Part shown: positions 50,812 to 61,556 of the stretch, piece after piece | Position numbering within the stretch: position 1 is the first letter of the stretch | Layout of the letters: every line of letters begins with the position of its first letter | Source: an uncultured Candidatus Entotheonella sp. | GTDB taxonomy: Bacteria; Tectomicrobia; Entotheonellia; Entotheonellales; Entotheonellaceae | Assembly (NCBI GenBank): GCA_965217185.1 | Contig: OZ244252.1 | Coordinates: 3,168,001 to 3,232,000 of the forward strand | Direction of reading: 5' to 3' | Length of the DNA: 64,000 nucleotides | Made by a program: the position numbers and the translations under genes | The notes under the pieces: generated by a model | The model's database searches: none | Told to the model about the DNA's origin: nothing | Seen by the model: only the letters and a program-made list of their open reading frames with translations

Positions 50812-52074
50812 ATGCGACCCATACGCCCGGCATTCATTGCCGCCCAAGCGCTGACGCCGTTCATCGGCAAGGGCAGCCCCAACTTCATCGCCAAGGGGCA
50901 CCCGGATTACGGCGTCAAGGAGAACCCGACGCTTGAAGACTATATCGCCACGGTCATCCGCCAACTGTTGGACGACAACGCCATCGATCCGAGCCTCATC
51001 CAGCGCGGCTACATCGGCAACTTTGCCGGCGAGTTGTTCTCCAGCCAGGGCTTCCTGGGCGCCATGCTGGCGCGAGCGGACAGACGGCTGGCGGGCATCG
51101 GCTGTGCGCGCGTTGAGGCGGCATGCGCGTCCGGCGGCGTCGGCATCGTTGGCGCCATCGAGGCCGTCCAAGCCGGGTTGGACGTCGTGCTGGTCGTCGG
51201 CGCCGAAGTGCAGACGACGGTGCGGGCCCGCGAGGGCGCTGATTACTTGGCGCGCGCCGCGCACTACGCCAGTGAGCGCTCCATCGACGACTTCACCTTC
51301 CCTGCGCTGCTCGCCCGCCGCGCCAAGGCATACAAGGAAACCTATGGGCTTACCGACCGCGACCTGGCGCATTTTTCCGTCAAGGCGTACGCCAACGCCA
51401 ACCGCAACCCGCTGGCCCACATGCACACTGTCAAGATGACCCTCGACCAGGCCGCCACGGCCAGCGATTCCAACCCGAACATCCTGCAGAATCCGGAGTT
51501 GCACGAGCATCTCAGGGTCAGCGATTGCTCGCAGGTGAGCGACGGCGCCGCGGCGGTGATCATCGCCAGCGAATCGGGCCTGGAGAAGTTGGGCCGGGCA
51601 CGGCAGGACTGCGTGCAACTGAAGTCGTACGGCTTCTGCACCAATCCACTGGGGCAGGTGGACGATCTCCTGCGCCTCGACACCGCCGCCTCGGCGACGG
51701 CCGAGGCCATGCAGGACGGCGGTATCACGCCGCAGGACGTGCAGATGGCCGAGGTGCACGACTGCTTCACGATCGCCGAGTTGATGATGTACGAGGCCAT
51801 CGGCTTCGCCGAACCGGGTAAGGGCATCGACCTGCTGCGCTCCGGCGACACCTCCCTGGAAGGCAGCGTGCCGGTCAACCCCGGCGGCGGCTTGGTGGGC
51901 TTTGGTCACCCGGTCGGCGCCACCGGCGTCAAGCAGGCAGCCGAGGTCTACCGCCAGATGAAGGGCTTGTGCGGGGACTACCAGATACAGAAGGACATCC
52001 ACACCGGCCTGACCGCCAACATGGGCGGCGACGACCGCACGGTCGTCTCGCTGGTGCTGGAAAACGTCGCGTAA
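50812..52074 (+). CDS. SCP2-type thiolase (acetyl-CoA acyltransferase)
   Basis: EAACASG, DCSQVSDG, HDCF, GHPVGATG, NMGGDD. Confidence 0.9.
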   Translation: MRPIRPAFIAAQALTPFIGKGSPNFIAKGHPDYGVKENPTLEDYIATVIRQLLDDNAIDPSLIQRGYIGNFAGELFSSQGFLGAMLARADRRLAGIGCARVEAACASGGVGIVGAIEAVQAGLDVVLVVGAEVQTTVRAREGADYLARAAHYASERSIDDFTFPALLARRAKAYKETYGLTDRDLAHFSVKAYANANRNPLAHMHTVKMTLDQAATASDSNPNILQNPELHEHLRVSDCSQVSDGAAAVIIASESGLEKLGRARQDCVQLKSYGFCTNPLGQVDDLLRLDTAASATAEAMQDGGITPQDVQMAEVHDCFTIAELMMYEAIGFAEPGKGIDLLRSGDTSLEGSVPVNPGGGLVGFGHPVGATGVKQAAEVYRQMKGLCGDYQIQKDIHTGLTANMGGDDRTVVSLVLENVA

Positions 52075-52098
52075 TTCCCATCCTGCTACGTGTCCCGC

Positions 52099-52129
52099 AA
52101 AGGGGGTCGGCAAACGCCGATCCCCTTTT
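52099..52129. terminator. Bidirectional rho-independent terminator
   Basis: AAAGGGGGTCGGC-AAAC-GCCGATCCCCTTTT between convergent genes. Confidence 0.75.
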
Positions 52130-54088
52130 CTACGAATCGGCGGCCAACGCTTGAAAGGCCGCCAACTGCTCCGGCCGGCCGATGACCGCGGCCAAATCCT
52201 CACCGGCAAAACGAAAATCAATGTCCGGGTTAGCGTGCAGTTCGCCGGCGCGCATGACGCCGACGATCGTGGCGCCCGTCTGGCTGCGCACGTCCATTTC
52301 GCGCAGCGTTCGCCCGATCAGCGGGCTGCCAGGCGGCAGGGCGACCCACGTCAAGTCCAGCAGGCGCGGGGTGCGGCGCAACTGGGCGATGACGCGGGAA
52401 TCGGCGGGCGGCTGGTACAGCGGGGCGTAGTGCTCCTTGTGGATGGCGTCCGTAAAGTTCTGGATTTCGATGGCCGGCAGGTCCAGGTGGACCAGCGCCT
52501 GGCGGGTGATCTCCAGCCCGGCTTCGAACTCCGGCTGCACGACCTCGTACACGCCGCGGTCGTACAGCGCGTCCATATGTTCAAGCCCCTCGGCCCTGGC
52601 GACGATGTGCAGTGCCGGCTTCAACTGGCGAACCTGGTCCACGATGCCCTGCGTCGTGACGAAGGCGGGCGTGGTGATCAGGAGCAGATGGGCGTCGGCG
52701 ATGCCGGCGGCTTCCAGCACGACCCCTTGGCTGGCGTCGCCGGAAATGATCGGCCAGCCGGCGGCCTTGGCCTGCTCCACGCGCCGGGCGTCGAGTTCGA
52801 TGAGCACGAATCCCACCTCGAAGCGCCGCAGCACCTGTGCTACACACTGGCCCACCCGGCCGCCGCCCGCAATTACCACGTGGTCCCGCAATCCCCGCTC
52901 GGGCAGGTTGACGGACTGCAGCGCCTCGAACCGGAACCACTGCCTGCGCAGGGCGTACAGCGGCGCCGTGAAGCCTGACAGAACGGGTGTCAGGACGATC
53001 GTCGCGATGGCGGTGGTCAGCACCAGCGCGTACAACTCGGCGTCGATCGCCCCCGCCTTGAGACCCACTCGAGCCAGCACGAACGAAAACTCGCCGACCT
53101 GAAACAGGGTCAGGGCAACCGCCAGGGGAACGACGTTCCGATACCCGAAAAAGCGAGGCAAGAGACCGAATACCAGCATCTTGCCCACCATGATGAGGAG
53201 CACCAGGAGCCCCACCTCCTGCAAGTGGGCGAACAGGAATGTCGGGTCGAATAGGATGCCGACGGAGGCGAAGAACAGCAGCCCGAAGAGGTCGCGCAGG
53301 GGGAGAATGTCGCTGAGGGCTTGGTGGCCGTAGTCCGACTCGCTCAGTACCATGCCCGCCACGAAGGCGCCCAGCGCGAACGACAGCCCGACCAGGTGGG
53401 TGGCATAGCCGATCCCCAGGCCGATGGCGGTGATGGACAGCAGGAAGAGCTCGCGCGAGTTCCAACTGGCGATGTGCACCATCAGCCGAGGCAGCAGGCG
53501 GACGCCGACGCCGATCGTCAGCGCCAGGAAGAGTGCGGCTTTCAGCGCCGCGAGGCCGAGCAGGGCGAGGCCGGTCTGCGGGTCGTGCAACTGTGGCAGG
53601 ATGATCATCAGCGGCACCACCGCGAGGTCCTGCACGATCAGCACGCCGACCATCACCCGGCTGGACAGGGTGCCCATCCGGCCTTGGCTCATCAGCGTTC
53701 TCAGCACAACCATGGTGCTGGACAGCGAGATCAGGGCGCCGAACCAGAGCGCCGGGCGCCATTCCCAACCCAGCCAGGTTCCGAGCGCAAAACCATACGC
53801 AATGGTGACGATAATCTGGATGGGCGTGCCGATCAGGGCGATGCTGCGCACCGGCCGCAAATCCCGGAACGAGAATTCCAGCCCGAGGGCGAACAGCAGA
53901 AGCGCCACGCCGATTTCTGCCAACAACTCGATTTCGTGGATGTCGGAGATCACCGCAAAGCCGTATGGCCCGACGACCACGCCGGCGAGGATGTAGCCCA
54001 GCACCAGCGGCTGCTTGACCCGCTGCGCCGCCAGCCCGCCCAGTAAGGCGGTGACGACAATGATGACGATGTCCGCCGCGATGCCCAA
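52130..54088 (-). CDS. CPA2 cation:proton antiporter with TrkA-N and TrkA-C domains
   Basis: LSSTMVV, IVQD, FFASVG, QVGEFSF, GGGRVG, GDAS. Confidence 0.92.
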   Translation of the reverse strand: MGIAADIVIIVVTALLGGLAAQRVKQPLVLGYILAGVVVGPYGFAVISDIHEIELLAEIGVALLLFALGLEFSFRDLRPVRSIALIGTPIQIIVTIAYGFALGTWLGWEWRPALWFGALISLSSTMVVLRTLMSQGRMGTLSSRVMVGVLIVQDLAVVPLMIILPQLHDPQTGLALLGLAALKAALFLALTIGVGVRLLPRLMVHIASWNSRELFLLSITAIGLGIGYATHLVGLSFALGAFVAGMVLSESDYGHQALSDILPLRDLFGLLFFASVGILFDPTFLFAHLQEVGLLVLLIMVGKMLVFGLLPRFFGYRNVVPLAVALTLFQVGEFSFVLARVGLKAGAIDAELYALVLTTAIATIVLTPVLSGFTAPLYALRRQWFRFEALQSVNLPERGLRDHVVIAGGGRVGQCVAQVLRRFEVGFVLIELDARRVEQAKAAGWPIISGDASQGVVLEAAGIADAHLLLITTPAFVTTQGIVDQVRQLKPALHIVARAEGLEHMDALYDRGVYEVVQPEFEAGLEITRQALVHLDLPAIEIQNFTDAIHKEHYAPLYQPPADSRVIAQLRRTPRLLDLTWVALPPGSPLIGRTLREMDVRSQTGATIVGVMRAGELHANPDIDFRFAGEDLAAVIGRPEQLAAFQALAADS

Positions 54089-54225
54089 GTGCCGTCTCCT
54101 TTCGTGCCGTGGCCGGCCCTTGATATAATGGTTGGTCTCGGTGTCTTACCAGGAAGTTCTGAATACGTCCACCGATTCCATCCCCTTCTGGCACCCCCAT
54201 CACGCCGGCGTGAGGAGATAATTTA

Positions 54226-55065
54226 TTGACGGACCCATTTCATAACGGCGCGCCGCCCGCCGCCAAAGACGTGATCGCGGAAGGAGCGGAGACAGTGCGC
54301 TGGTTCGAGGGCGGCCTCGGGTTGCTGTACGACCGACTGCTGGCCCGCAACGTGCGGCGCGACCTGCTGCCCACGCACGTGGCCATCGTCATGGACGGCA
54401 ATCGCCGTTTCGCCCTGAGCAGCGGCCTGCGCAACGAGCAGGGCCACCGCATGGGGAAGGAGAAAGTGCGCGAGGTGATGCGCTGGTGCCGCGACATCGG
54501 CGTCAAGTACCTGACCGTCTACGCCCTCTCCATCGAGAACCTGACGAACCGCTCACCCGAGGAGCTCGACACCCTGTTCGATCTCTACGAATCCGGCTTC
54601 CTGGAACTCTGCGACGACCGCGAAATCCACCGCGACCGCGTGCGCTGCAAGGCCGTGGGGCACATGCACCTGCTGCCGGCCCGCGTCATCTCGGCCATCG
54701 ACGCCGCCGAAAAAGCCACCAAGGACTATGACGACCTCGTCTTTACCGTCTGCCTCGCCTACGGGGCGCGGCAGGAACTGGTGGACGCAATCAAGAACAT
54801 TCTCAGTGACCACCGCGACGGCAAGATCGATCTGGACAGCATTTGCGAAGAACTGGTGTCGCAGTACCTGTACACCCACGACATGCCCGATCCCGACCTG
54901 GTCATCCGCACCTCCGGTGAGGAGCGGGTCTCCAACTTCCTCCTGTGGCAGATGGCCTACGCCGAGTTGTTCTTCATCGACGTCCACTGGCCCGCCTTCC
55001 GCAAGCGCGATTTCCTGCGCGCCATCCGCACTTACCAAGGCCGCCAACGCCGCTACGGCAGGTAG
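54226..55065 (+). CDS. uppS: cis-prenyltransferase (polyprenyl diphosphate synthase)
   Basis: HVAIVMDGNRR, SIENL, DLVIRTSGEERVSNFLLWQ, RRYG. Start uncertain. Confidence 0.93.
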   Translation: MTDPFHNGAPPAAKDVIAEGAETVRWFEGGLGLLYDRLLARNVRRDLLPTHVAIVMDGNRRFALSSGLRNEQGHRMGKEKVREVMRWCRDIGVKYLTVYALSIENLTNRSPEELDTLFDLYESGFLELCDDREIHRDRVRCKAVGHMHLLPARVISAIDAAEKATKDYDDLVFTVCLAYGARQELVDAIKNILSDHRDGKIDLDSICEELVSQYLYTHDMPDPDLVIRTSGEERVSNFLLWQMAYAELFFIDVHWPAFRKRDFLRAIRTYQGRQRRYGR

Positions 55066-55073
55066 AGCCTACT

Positions 55074-55976
55074 TTACGCCGGCGAACCGTCAAGAAGCTC
55101 CAGTAATGCCTCGGCCACGACGCCGGGCTGCTCCCGCGGCATGAAGTGGCCGGCCTTGGGGACGACGCGCCGAACGGTGCCCGGCGGAAATTGCGTCATC
55201 TCCCCCTCCGAGCGGTAAGGCGGCCCCACGGTGTCGTCGGCGCCGTGCAGGACGATGGACGGCACCGTAATCGGCGGCCGCGAGGCCAGCAAGCGTTCCA
55301 TCTCGGTGAAGCGCGGGTCGCTCGGGGCATTGCGATGCCGGTGGCGGTAGGAGTGAATCACCAGGTCCACGAAATCGGGATTGTCAAACGACGGTGCGGT
55401 GCGGTCATAGGTGGCGTCGTCGAATTCCCAGGTCGGCGACCACTCCTGCCACAGCAGCCGGCAGATGTCGTAGCGATTCTGCTCCAGGCCCAGCCGCCCG
55501 CGCTCGGTGTTGAAGTACCATTGATACCAGTATGCGCGCTCCTCCACAGCCGTTCCCGGACGCGGCGGCGACAGGGTATCCTGCACGTTGTAACCGCCGA
55601 TGGTCACCAGCCCCTGTACCCGTTCCGGCTGCAGAATGGCCGTGATGCACGCCGCCCGGCCGCCCCAGTCGTAGCCGGCCAGCCCGACGCGGCCGAGGCC
55701 CAGGGCGTCCAAGAAGTCGATCAGATCCTGCGCCATCGCCGCCTGCTGGGCCATGCGCGGCGTCGCGTCATCCAGGAACCGCGTCGGCCCATAGCCTCGC
55801 AGATAGGGCACCAGCGCCCGATACCCCGCCGCCGCCAGGGGAGCCGCCACCTCGTCCCAGGCGCGCACGTCGTCGGGGAAGCCGTGCAGCAGCACGACGG
55901 GAAAGCCGCCAGCGTCGCCGTGCGCTTCGTAGCCGATTTCGAGTGTGGGGGTACGTACACTTAAGCCTGTTGTCAT
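55074..55976 (-). CDS. Alpha/beta hydrolase (epoxide hydrolase-like)
   Basis: LLHGFP, GYDWGG, GHF. Confidence 0.92.
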   Translation of the reverse strand: MTTGLSVRTPTLEIGYEAHGDAGGFPVVLLHGFPDDVRAWDEVAAPLAAAGYRALVPYLRGYGPTRFLDDATPRMAQQAAMAQDLIDFLDALGLGRVGLAGYDWGGRAACITAILQPERVQGLVTIGGYNVQDTLSPPRPGTAVEERAYWYQWYFNTERGRLGLEQNRYDICRLLWQEWSPTWEFDDATYDRTAPSFDNPDFVDLVIHSYRHRHRNAPSDPRFTEMERLLASRPPITVPSIVLHGADDTVGPPYRSEGEMTQFPPGTVRRVVPKAGHFMPREQPGVVAEALLELLDGSPA

Positions 55977-56145
55977 GAATGACTCCTTTTCCGGCGCGGT
56001 TGGACCTGAACATATTCTCCGGCATTGTACCGCACGACGGACGATCTCACGGCATCTCACCAGGCCGTCGCCCGGTTGACACCCACGCGCGCCGCATTAC
56101 AATGGACCAATTCCCCGTTCGCGTTGCAGCATAAGGAGACGATTG

Positions 56146-57339
56146 ATGATCACGAGATTTGGCAGCCTATACGCCGGGCACGTTGACCTGGACAACATTG
56201 GCTTTGAGGGAACGCCGGTTAACGACCGCTGGCTGTCCGATGAGCACATCGCCACCATTTTCGACAAGTCCGAAGCCATCGCCACCACCATGGATCGACT
56301 GGGCTACAGCACCTTCTGGGCGGCGGAACACCGCTTCCAGCGCGAGGGCTACGAGTGCATCCCCAACCTGATGATGCTCTTCGTCCACTTGGCCCATCTG
56401 ACCAAGAACATCAAATTCGGCTGCGGCTTCAACGTGGCGCCCATGTGGCACCCGCTGCGCATGGCCGAAGACTTCGCCATGGCCGACCACATGACCGGCG
56501 GGCGGGTCATCTTCGGTGTGGGGCGCGGCTACCACTCGCGTGAAAACGAGGTACTGGGCGCGCCCAGTACGGCCCTCGACAACGAGGGCAACCGCGAACT
56601 GTTCGAAGAACAGGTCGAGCTCATCCTCAAGGCTTTCCGCGAGCGGTCGTTCTCGCATCACAGCAAGCATTACGACATCCCGCCCCAGATTCCGTATCGA
56701 GGCTACGAATTGGAGGAGATCACCCTGGTGCCGCGGCCCCGCCATCTGCCGGTCGAGTGCTGGCAGCCCGTGGTCAGCGCCACGCAACGCGGCCTCGACT
56801 TCATGGCCAAGCACGGCATCAAGGGCATCATCGGCGGCGGTGCGGCAGCCGGCGGCGCCACCGCCAAGGTGATGGAAGGCTGGCGGGATGCGCTGCGGCG
56901 CGTCGGACGCGAGACGGAATTGGGAGCCGACCTGATCGTGGGCTTCACCTACCACATCGCCGAAACCGAGCAGAAGGCCATCGAGGAAGCCCGCCCGTTC
57001 TTTGAGGAAAACATGAAGATGTTCGCGCCGCTCGGTTTCGTGCGCGGCCTCAGCGACGACCAGATCGAGGCCGTCGCCGATCCCAAACGGGCGCGTTCGG
57101 CCAACCTGCCAACCCTCGAGCAAGCCATCGAAGCCGGCTCCTGGCTGTGCGGCCCGCCGGAACTGATCATCGAAAAGCTCCAGGACGCGCAGGATCGCTA
57201 TCCCGGCCTGGAAGAAGTGAACGTCGGCTCGGTCATCGGCACGCCGCAGAGCGTCATTCTGGAACAGTTGGAAATCTTCGCGCGCGAAGTCATGCCGGCC
57301 TTCCAGAGCCAGGATCGCGCCGCGGCTCCCGCGGATTAA
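56146..57339 (+). CDS. LLM-class flavin-dependent oxidoreductase
   Basis: WAAEH, WHPLRMAED, GRVIFGVGRGY, FAREVMP. Confidence 0.92.
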   Translation: MITRFGSLYAGHVDLDNIGFEGTPVNDRWLSDEHIATIFDKSEAIATTMDRLGYSTFWAAEHRFQREGYECIPNLMMLFVHLAHLTKNIKFGCGFNVAPMWHPLRMAEDFAMADHMTGGRVIFGVGRGYHSRENEVLGAPSTALDNEGNRELFEEQVELILKAFRERSFSHHSKHYDIPPQIPYRGYELEEITLVPRPRHLPVECWQPVVSATQRGLDFMAKHGIKGIIGGGAAAGGATAKVMEGWRDALRRVGRETELGADLIVGFTYHIAETEQKAIEEARPFFEENMKMFAPLGFVRGLSDDQIEAVADPKRARSANLPTLEQAIEAGSWLCGPPELIIEKLQDAQDRYPGLEEVNVGSVIGTPQSVILEQLEIFAREVMPAFQSQDRAAAPAD

Positions 57340-57351
57340 GCCGTTTTCACT

Positions 57352-57379
57352 ATAGGGGCGGGCTGAAGTCCGCCCCTAC
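57352..57379. repeat. GTAG-type REP-like hairpin / terminator
   Basis: TAGGGGCGGGCTGAAGTCCGCCCCTAC between convergent genes. Confidence 0.6.
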
Positions 57380-57402
57380 GTCGAATCACCCCTCCAGTCC
57401 CC

Positions 57403-59679
57403 TCACTTCCCGTCGTCGGTTATCTGAAATACCTCCGTATACAGCCGCGCCGCATGTTGCCGGTGAGCGGCGATGTCCGCCGCCAGCCGTTCTGAAGCAT
57501 TGTGCTCTTCCCAGTAACCCAAACGGCGTGCCAGGAACAGAAATTCTTCGGACTCGGGTGGCAGCAGCACCAAGTCCCGGGCGTGGCCGCGAACGATGCG
57601 CTGGGCGTCGATCAGACGGCGCAGAAAACGGTACGTTTCCGCCAGTTGTGCCGCGGCATGGTCGCCGAGCACGCCGGCGCCGCGCAACGCCTCGATGGCC
57701 TGCAGGGTACTCGGGATACGCAGCTCCGGCAGGGCGCCGCCGCGGCAAAGCTGCAGAACCTGCACGGTGTACTCCACGTCCACCAGGCCGCCCCGGCTGT
57801 ACTTGCTGTCAATCTGACCGGGCGTCGCCAATTCAGCGATCTGTCGCTCTCGCAGTGCCACCGCGGCTTTGCGATCGAACGGCGCTTCGCTGTACACGTA
57901 GCCGTCCCGCCAAGCCTCGACCCGCCGGCCCAGGTCGGCGTCGCCCGCCACCCAGCGCAGCTTGATCAGCGCTTGCCGCTCGAAGTCCGCGGCCTGCCCG
58001 TCGGTGCTGTAGTACGCCTTGAAGACCTCCCAACTGGTGGCCAGCGGACCCTGAGCGCCGTGCGGCCGCAGCCGTAGATCAATCTCGAAAATACCCGACT
58101 GGCGCGCCACGATCATATCCCGCAGGTGCTGAACCAGGAGCGTGGCATATTCCGTATTGGCCAGGCGCCGCGGTCCGCTGGTGGTGCCGTTGCCGCCGTA
58201 TACGCACAGCATTTCGATGTCCGAGGCGTAGCCCAACTCGCGGCCGCCAAACTTTCCCAGAGCGAACAGGGCGAACGGGCAGGGTGCGCCGTCCTCCAGC
58301 AGCGGCTGGCCGTAGCGCTCGCCGAGGTCGGTCTGCGCCGCCTCGAGGGCGCCGCCCATGATGACTTCGGCAAGATCGGTCAACTCGTCGGCAAACACGC
58401 CGAAGGGCAGGTCGGGATGCAGCAGGTGACGCAGGTCGATGCGGAACATCTCGCGGTCTTTGAACGTATTGAGAGCGGTCTTGCGAGCCGCAGGCGTGTC
58501 CGCCGCTTGCAGCATTTCTCGCAACCGCCGCCGCAGTGTAGTCGAATCCAAAGGCTTGTCAGTGGCGTGCATCTCCTTGAGAACCGGCAGCAGATTGGCG
58601 TGCTGCATGCGCAGGAAGTCCTCCCACAGGAAGTCGCTGCTGCCCAGCATGGTGGCCAGCGCCTGCATGGCGCCGTCATCACAAAGCCAGTCGAGGTCGG
58701 CGCGAAGCGAGGCATTGGGGGCCAGACGGTCGAGAAATTGATCGAAGTGTTGCAGGGCCATCGCCGGGTCTGGAGCTACGGTCAAAAAATGCGTGAACTG
58801 CTTGATCAGCACGACGATGAAACGCAGTTCCTGCTGTCCCTCGTCGGAGGTGATCTTGCCGCCATGACGCCAGCCGAGGCACAGCTCATCCTGCACCCTT
58901 CCCTGGACGCTGCGAATGTTGACCCGATGCACGTAAAAGTCGCGCATCGCAAGGGCATTCGACAGGCTGTACAAAAAGCCCGGGGTATCCTCGGCGGTGA
59001 CGTGCATGACGGTCCAATCAGGCGACGCCGTGTTATCGATGTGCACTTCTACGGGAAACAGCCGCTCCGGAAACTTTTGACTGGAGGTGCGGATGGCATT
59101 GATGAGCCGGTAATTCAGCGTGTCGCGCGCCTGTTGCTGCTCGCCCTGCCGCTGTAGTTGGACCAGCGTCGTCAGGTGCGCCGCAAACTTCTCCTGGGCG
59201 CTGGCGTCGAACGGCTGGTCGGCGTCGTAGTCGACGGTGAACAGATCGATGATCAACCCGCCCCGTGTATGGCCACCCCAAGGCGTGAGGCGCTCGGGCC
59301 CGCGTTTGTAACTGAACACCTGACCCTCGCGGATGTTCAGGCCGCAGGCAGCCATAGCGCCGGTGATGAGGGCGAACTCGCCCAGCAGGTCGTAGCCGAC
59401 CAGCAGAATATCGGCGCTGGCGGCGCTGCGCGGCACCACCCGCACGTGCAGCGGGTGGTGATCGTCGATAGCCGCCACCAACTGCACGTGGGCAGCGATT
59501 TGGGAAGCGGTGAACAGGGCGAAATAGTCGTCGTCCAGTTGCTCAAAGAAGTCGTCCAGCACTTCGGGGGCCACCTGCGGGCAGCGTCTCGCCACCTCGG
59601 TCCGCAGCGATTCCAGGCCGACGCTGGTTACCCCTTGTCTCTCGCTAACCGACGATTGCTCAACTTGTTGCGGATCCAT
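57403..59679 (-). CDS. glnE: GlnE-like adenylyltransferase half with two N-terminal GlnD-like ACT domains
   Basis: ACT-like DLLGEF..ITG and EDTPGFLYSLS; ALGKFGGRELGYASDIE, IDLRLRPHG, FERQALIK, GGLVDVEY; own RBS GAGGTG. Confidence 0.8.
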   Translation of the reverse strand: MDPQQVEQSSVSERQGVTSVGLESLRTEVARRCPQVAPEVLDDFFEQLDDDYFALFTASQIAAHVQLVAAIDDHHPLHVRVVPRSAASADILLVGYDLLGEFALITGAMAACGLNIREGQVFSYKRGPERLTPWGGHTRGGLIIDLFTVDYDADQPFDASAQEKFAAHLTTLVQLQRQGEQQQARDTLNYRLINAIRTSSQKFPERLFPVEVHIDNTASPDWTVMHVTAEDTPGFLYSLSNALAMRDFYVHRVNIRSVQGRVQDELCLGWRHGGKITSDEGQQELRFIVVLIKQFTHFLTVAPDPAMALQHFDQFLDRLAPNASLRADLDWLCDDGAMQALATMLGSSDFLWEDFLRMQHANLLPVLKEMHATDKPLDSTTLRRRLREMLQAADTPAARKTALNTFKDREMFRIDLRHLLHPDLPFGVFADELTDLAEVIMGGALEAAQTDLGERYGQPLLEDGAPCPFALFALGKFGGRELGYASDIEMLCVYGGNGTTSGPRRLANTEYATLLVQHLRDMIVARQSGIFEIDLRLRPHGAQGPLATSWEVFKAYYSTDGQAADFERQALIKLRWVAGDADLGRRVEAWRDGYVYSEAPFDRKAAVALRERQIAELATPGQIDSKYSRGGLVDVEYTVQVLQLCRGGALPELRIPSTLQAIEALRGAGVLGDHAAAQLAETYRFLRRLIDAQRIVRGHARDLVLLPPESEEFLFLARRLGYWEEHNASERLAADIAAHRQHAARLYTEVFQITDDGK

Positions 59680-59686
59680 CGCCACC

Positions 59687-61186
59687 TCACTCCATTCGAA
59701 ACGCCGCCGCGAACAGGGCGTGAACCGCCTCCGTGCGTGCCAGATAGTCTTGGTAAAACGCTTCCCAGTCACCGCAGCCGAAATGACGCGCCAAGCGCAG
59801 CCGCGATTCCTCGTTGCGCGGCAGCGTATGCGTCTGCGAGCCCTGCTCCATTTGCAACAGGTGCTCCAGACGGCGCAGGTAGCAATAAGTGTCGCGCAGC
59901 AGCGCCTCGGATTCCACCCCCAGCAGCCCGGCGTCGCGCAGTTTGCCGAGCGCCCGCAGCGAGTTGCGCTCCTGCAGTTCGGGCCGCCGGCCGCCGAACA
60001 GTAGCTGCGGCAACTGGATGAGAAACTCTATCTCCCGAATGCCGCCGCGGCCGAGCTTGACGTGCGTGCGCGATTCGTTCTTGTCCGCCATCTGGCTGTC
60101 GATCTGCCGCTTCATGAACCGCAACTGCTCGACCCCTTGTGCATCCAGGTGACGCTGGTAAACAAACGGCTGGGTCAGGTCCATGAATTCCTGTCCCAGG
60201 TCTGCGTCGCCCGCCACTGGGCGCGCCTTGACGAGCGCCATCTTCTCCCACGCTTGCCCGAACCGCGCGTAATACGCTTCGTAGGCCAGCAGCGCCAGCG
60301 CCAACTGCCCCTGGGTGCCGTCCGGGCGCAGCCGCAAATCGACCCGGAAAATCTGCCCGGCGGCGCCCTGACCGCCAATCAGAGTCGTCAGGCGGCGTGC
60401 CAGCGCCACGAAGTATTCGTGGTTGGAAATCCGGCCGACCCGCTCGCCGTTCCGCACAATGCCGTGTGTCTGGCCCTGGTAGGAGGTGTAGACGTACATC
60501 AGATCGATGTCGGAAGAGAAATTCAGCTCGCCGCCGCCGAGTTTTCCCATGCCGATGACGCAGAAGCGGCAAGGCTGTTCGATACCGCTGTCGTCAGTGT
60601 AGACCGGCTCGCCGTGCAGCGCCGTCAGCCAATCCTGGCAGGCCCGTACGCCCGCCTGCAGCACGCAGTCGGCCAGCGCCGCCAGGCCGGCGGTCGTCTC
60701 ATCGACGTCGGCCAGACGATTCAAATCCCGCGCCCCGAGGCGCAGCAGGTGCCGCTGCGTGAAGCGCCTCAGAACGGCAGCCACCTGTGCTTCGTCCTCC
60801 TGGCCTTCCAGCATGACGCTGAGTTGTGCTTCAAGGTCGTTTCGCGGCGTAGGCGGCGCGTACAGGGCCTCGTCGCGCAGCCAGAAGGCCAGTTGCGGAT
60901 CACGCCACAGAATGCCGCTGAGATAGTACGAACTGGCAAAGATGACCGTCACGCCGCGCAGGAATTCCGATTGCTCGCGGCAGGCCTCCCAGAACACCGA
61001 CGCATCACCGAGGCACTCCAGATAACGCAACAAGTGTGACCGGGCACGATACGGATCGACCGAAGCAAGAAGTGCGGGCACGACGGTGGGAATGAGGTCA
61101 GGGGGACAGGAAAGCGGGTTCCCATCGCGCAAGGCGCGACTCAGTTCGGCAGCCTGTTGGGAGGTGGGAGGAATGCCAGAGGCCAT
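59687..61186 (-). CDS. glnE: GlnE-like nucleotidyltransferase half
   Basis: GMGKLGGGELNFSSDIDL, RVDLRLRPDG, KLGRGGIREIEF, LRRLEHLLQM. Confidence 0.85.
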   Translation of the reverse strand: MASGIPPTSQQAAELSRALRDGNPLSCPPDLIPTVVPALLASVDPYRARSHLLRYLECLGDASVFWEACREQSEFLRGVTVIFASSYYLSGILWRDPQLAFWLRDEALYAPPTPRNDLEAQLSVMLEGQEDEAQVAAVLRRFTQRHLLRLGARDLNRLADVDETTAGLAALADCVLQAGVRACQDWLTALHGEPVYTDDSGIEQPCRFCVIGMGKLGGGELNFSSDIDLMYVYTSYQGQTHGIVRNGERVGRISNHEYFVALARRLTTLIGGQGAAGQIFRVDLRLRPDGTQGQLALALLAYEAYYARFGQAWEKMALVKARPVAGDADLGQEFMDLTQPFVYQRHLDAQGVEQLRFMKRQIDSQMADKNESRTHVKLGRGGIREIEFLIQLPQLLFGGRRPELQERNSLRALGKLRDAGLLGVESEALLRDTYCYLRRLEHLLQMEQGSQTHTLPRNEESRLRLARHFGCGDWEAFYQDYLARTEAVHALFAAAFRME

Positions 61187-61207
61187 GGCTTGATTTTCCC
61201 CAACAAC

Positions 61208-61426
61208 TCAGCGGGTGCGAAAACGCCGCATGCGGCCCAGCCAGCGTATGTATCGCCATAGGGCGCGGCGGTGCTGCGGTTGGCGTAGCAGGCCCAGGGC
61301 AGCGCGCCAGGAAACCTCGGCAGCCGGAATGCCGGCATACGTTTCCACGCGCCAAGCGTAGTATGCCCGACGCCATTTCCAGGGTTTCAGGAAGGGCCTG
61401 GGCCGGAAGCACCAGAGATGCCACAT
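61208..61426 (-). CDS. Small basic hypothetical protein
   Basis: RBS GAGG; PWKWRRAYYAWRVETYAG; co-oriented directly upstream of glnE. Confidence 0.55.
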   Translation of the reverse strand: MWHLWCFRPRPFLKPWKWRRAYYAWRVETYAGIPAAEVSWRAALGLLRQPQHRRALWRYIRWLGRMRRFRTR

Positions 61427-61556
61427 GTCGATGACCTCAAGGTGGCTGAGGGTTATCAACGACGCACGATAGCAAAACCATCCCAGGGTGACAAAGGCAG
61501 GCTGACCGCGTATGCTCTGCCGTCGCTTGGCAGTCCGTTACGGCGGCAAATCCATC

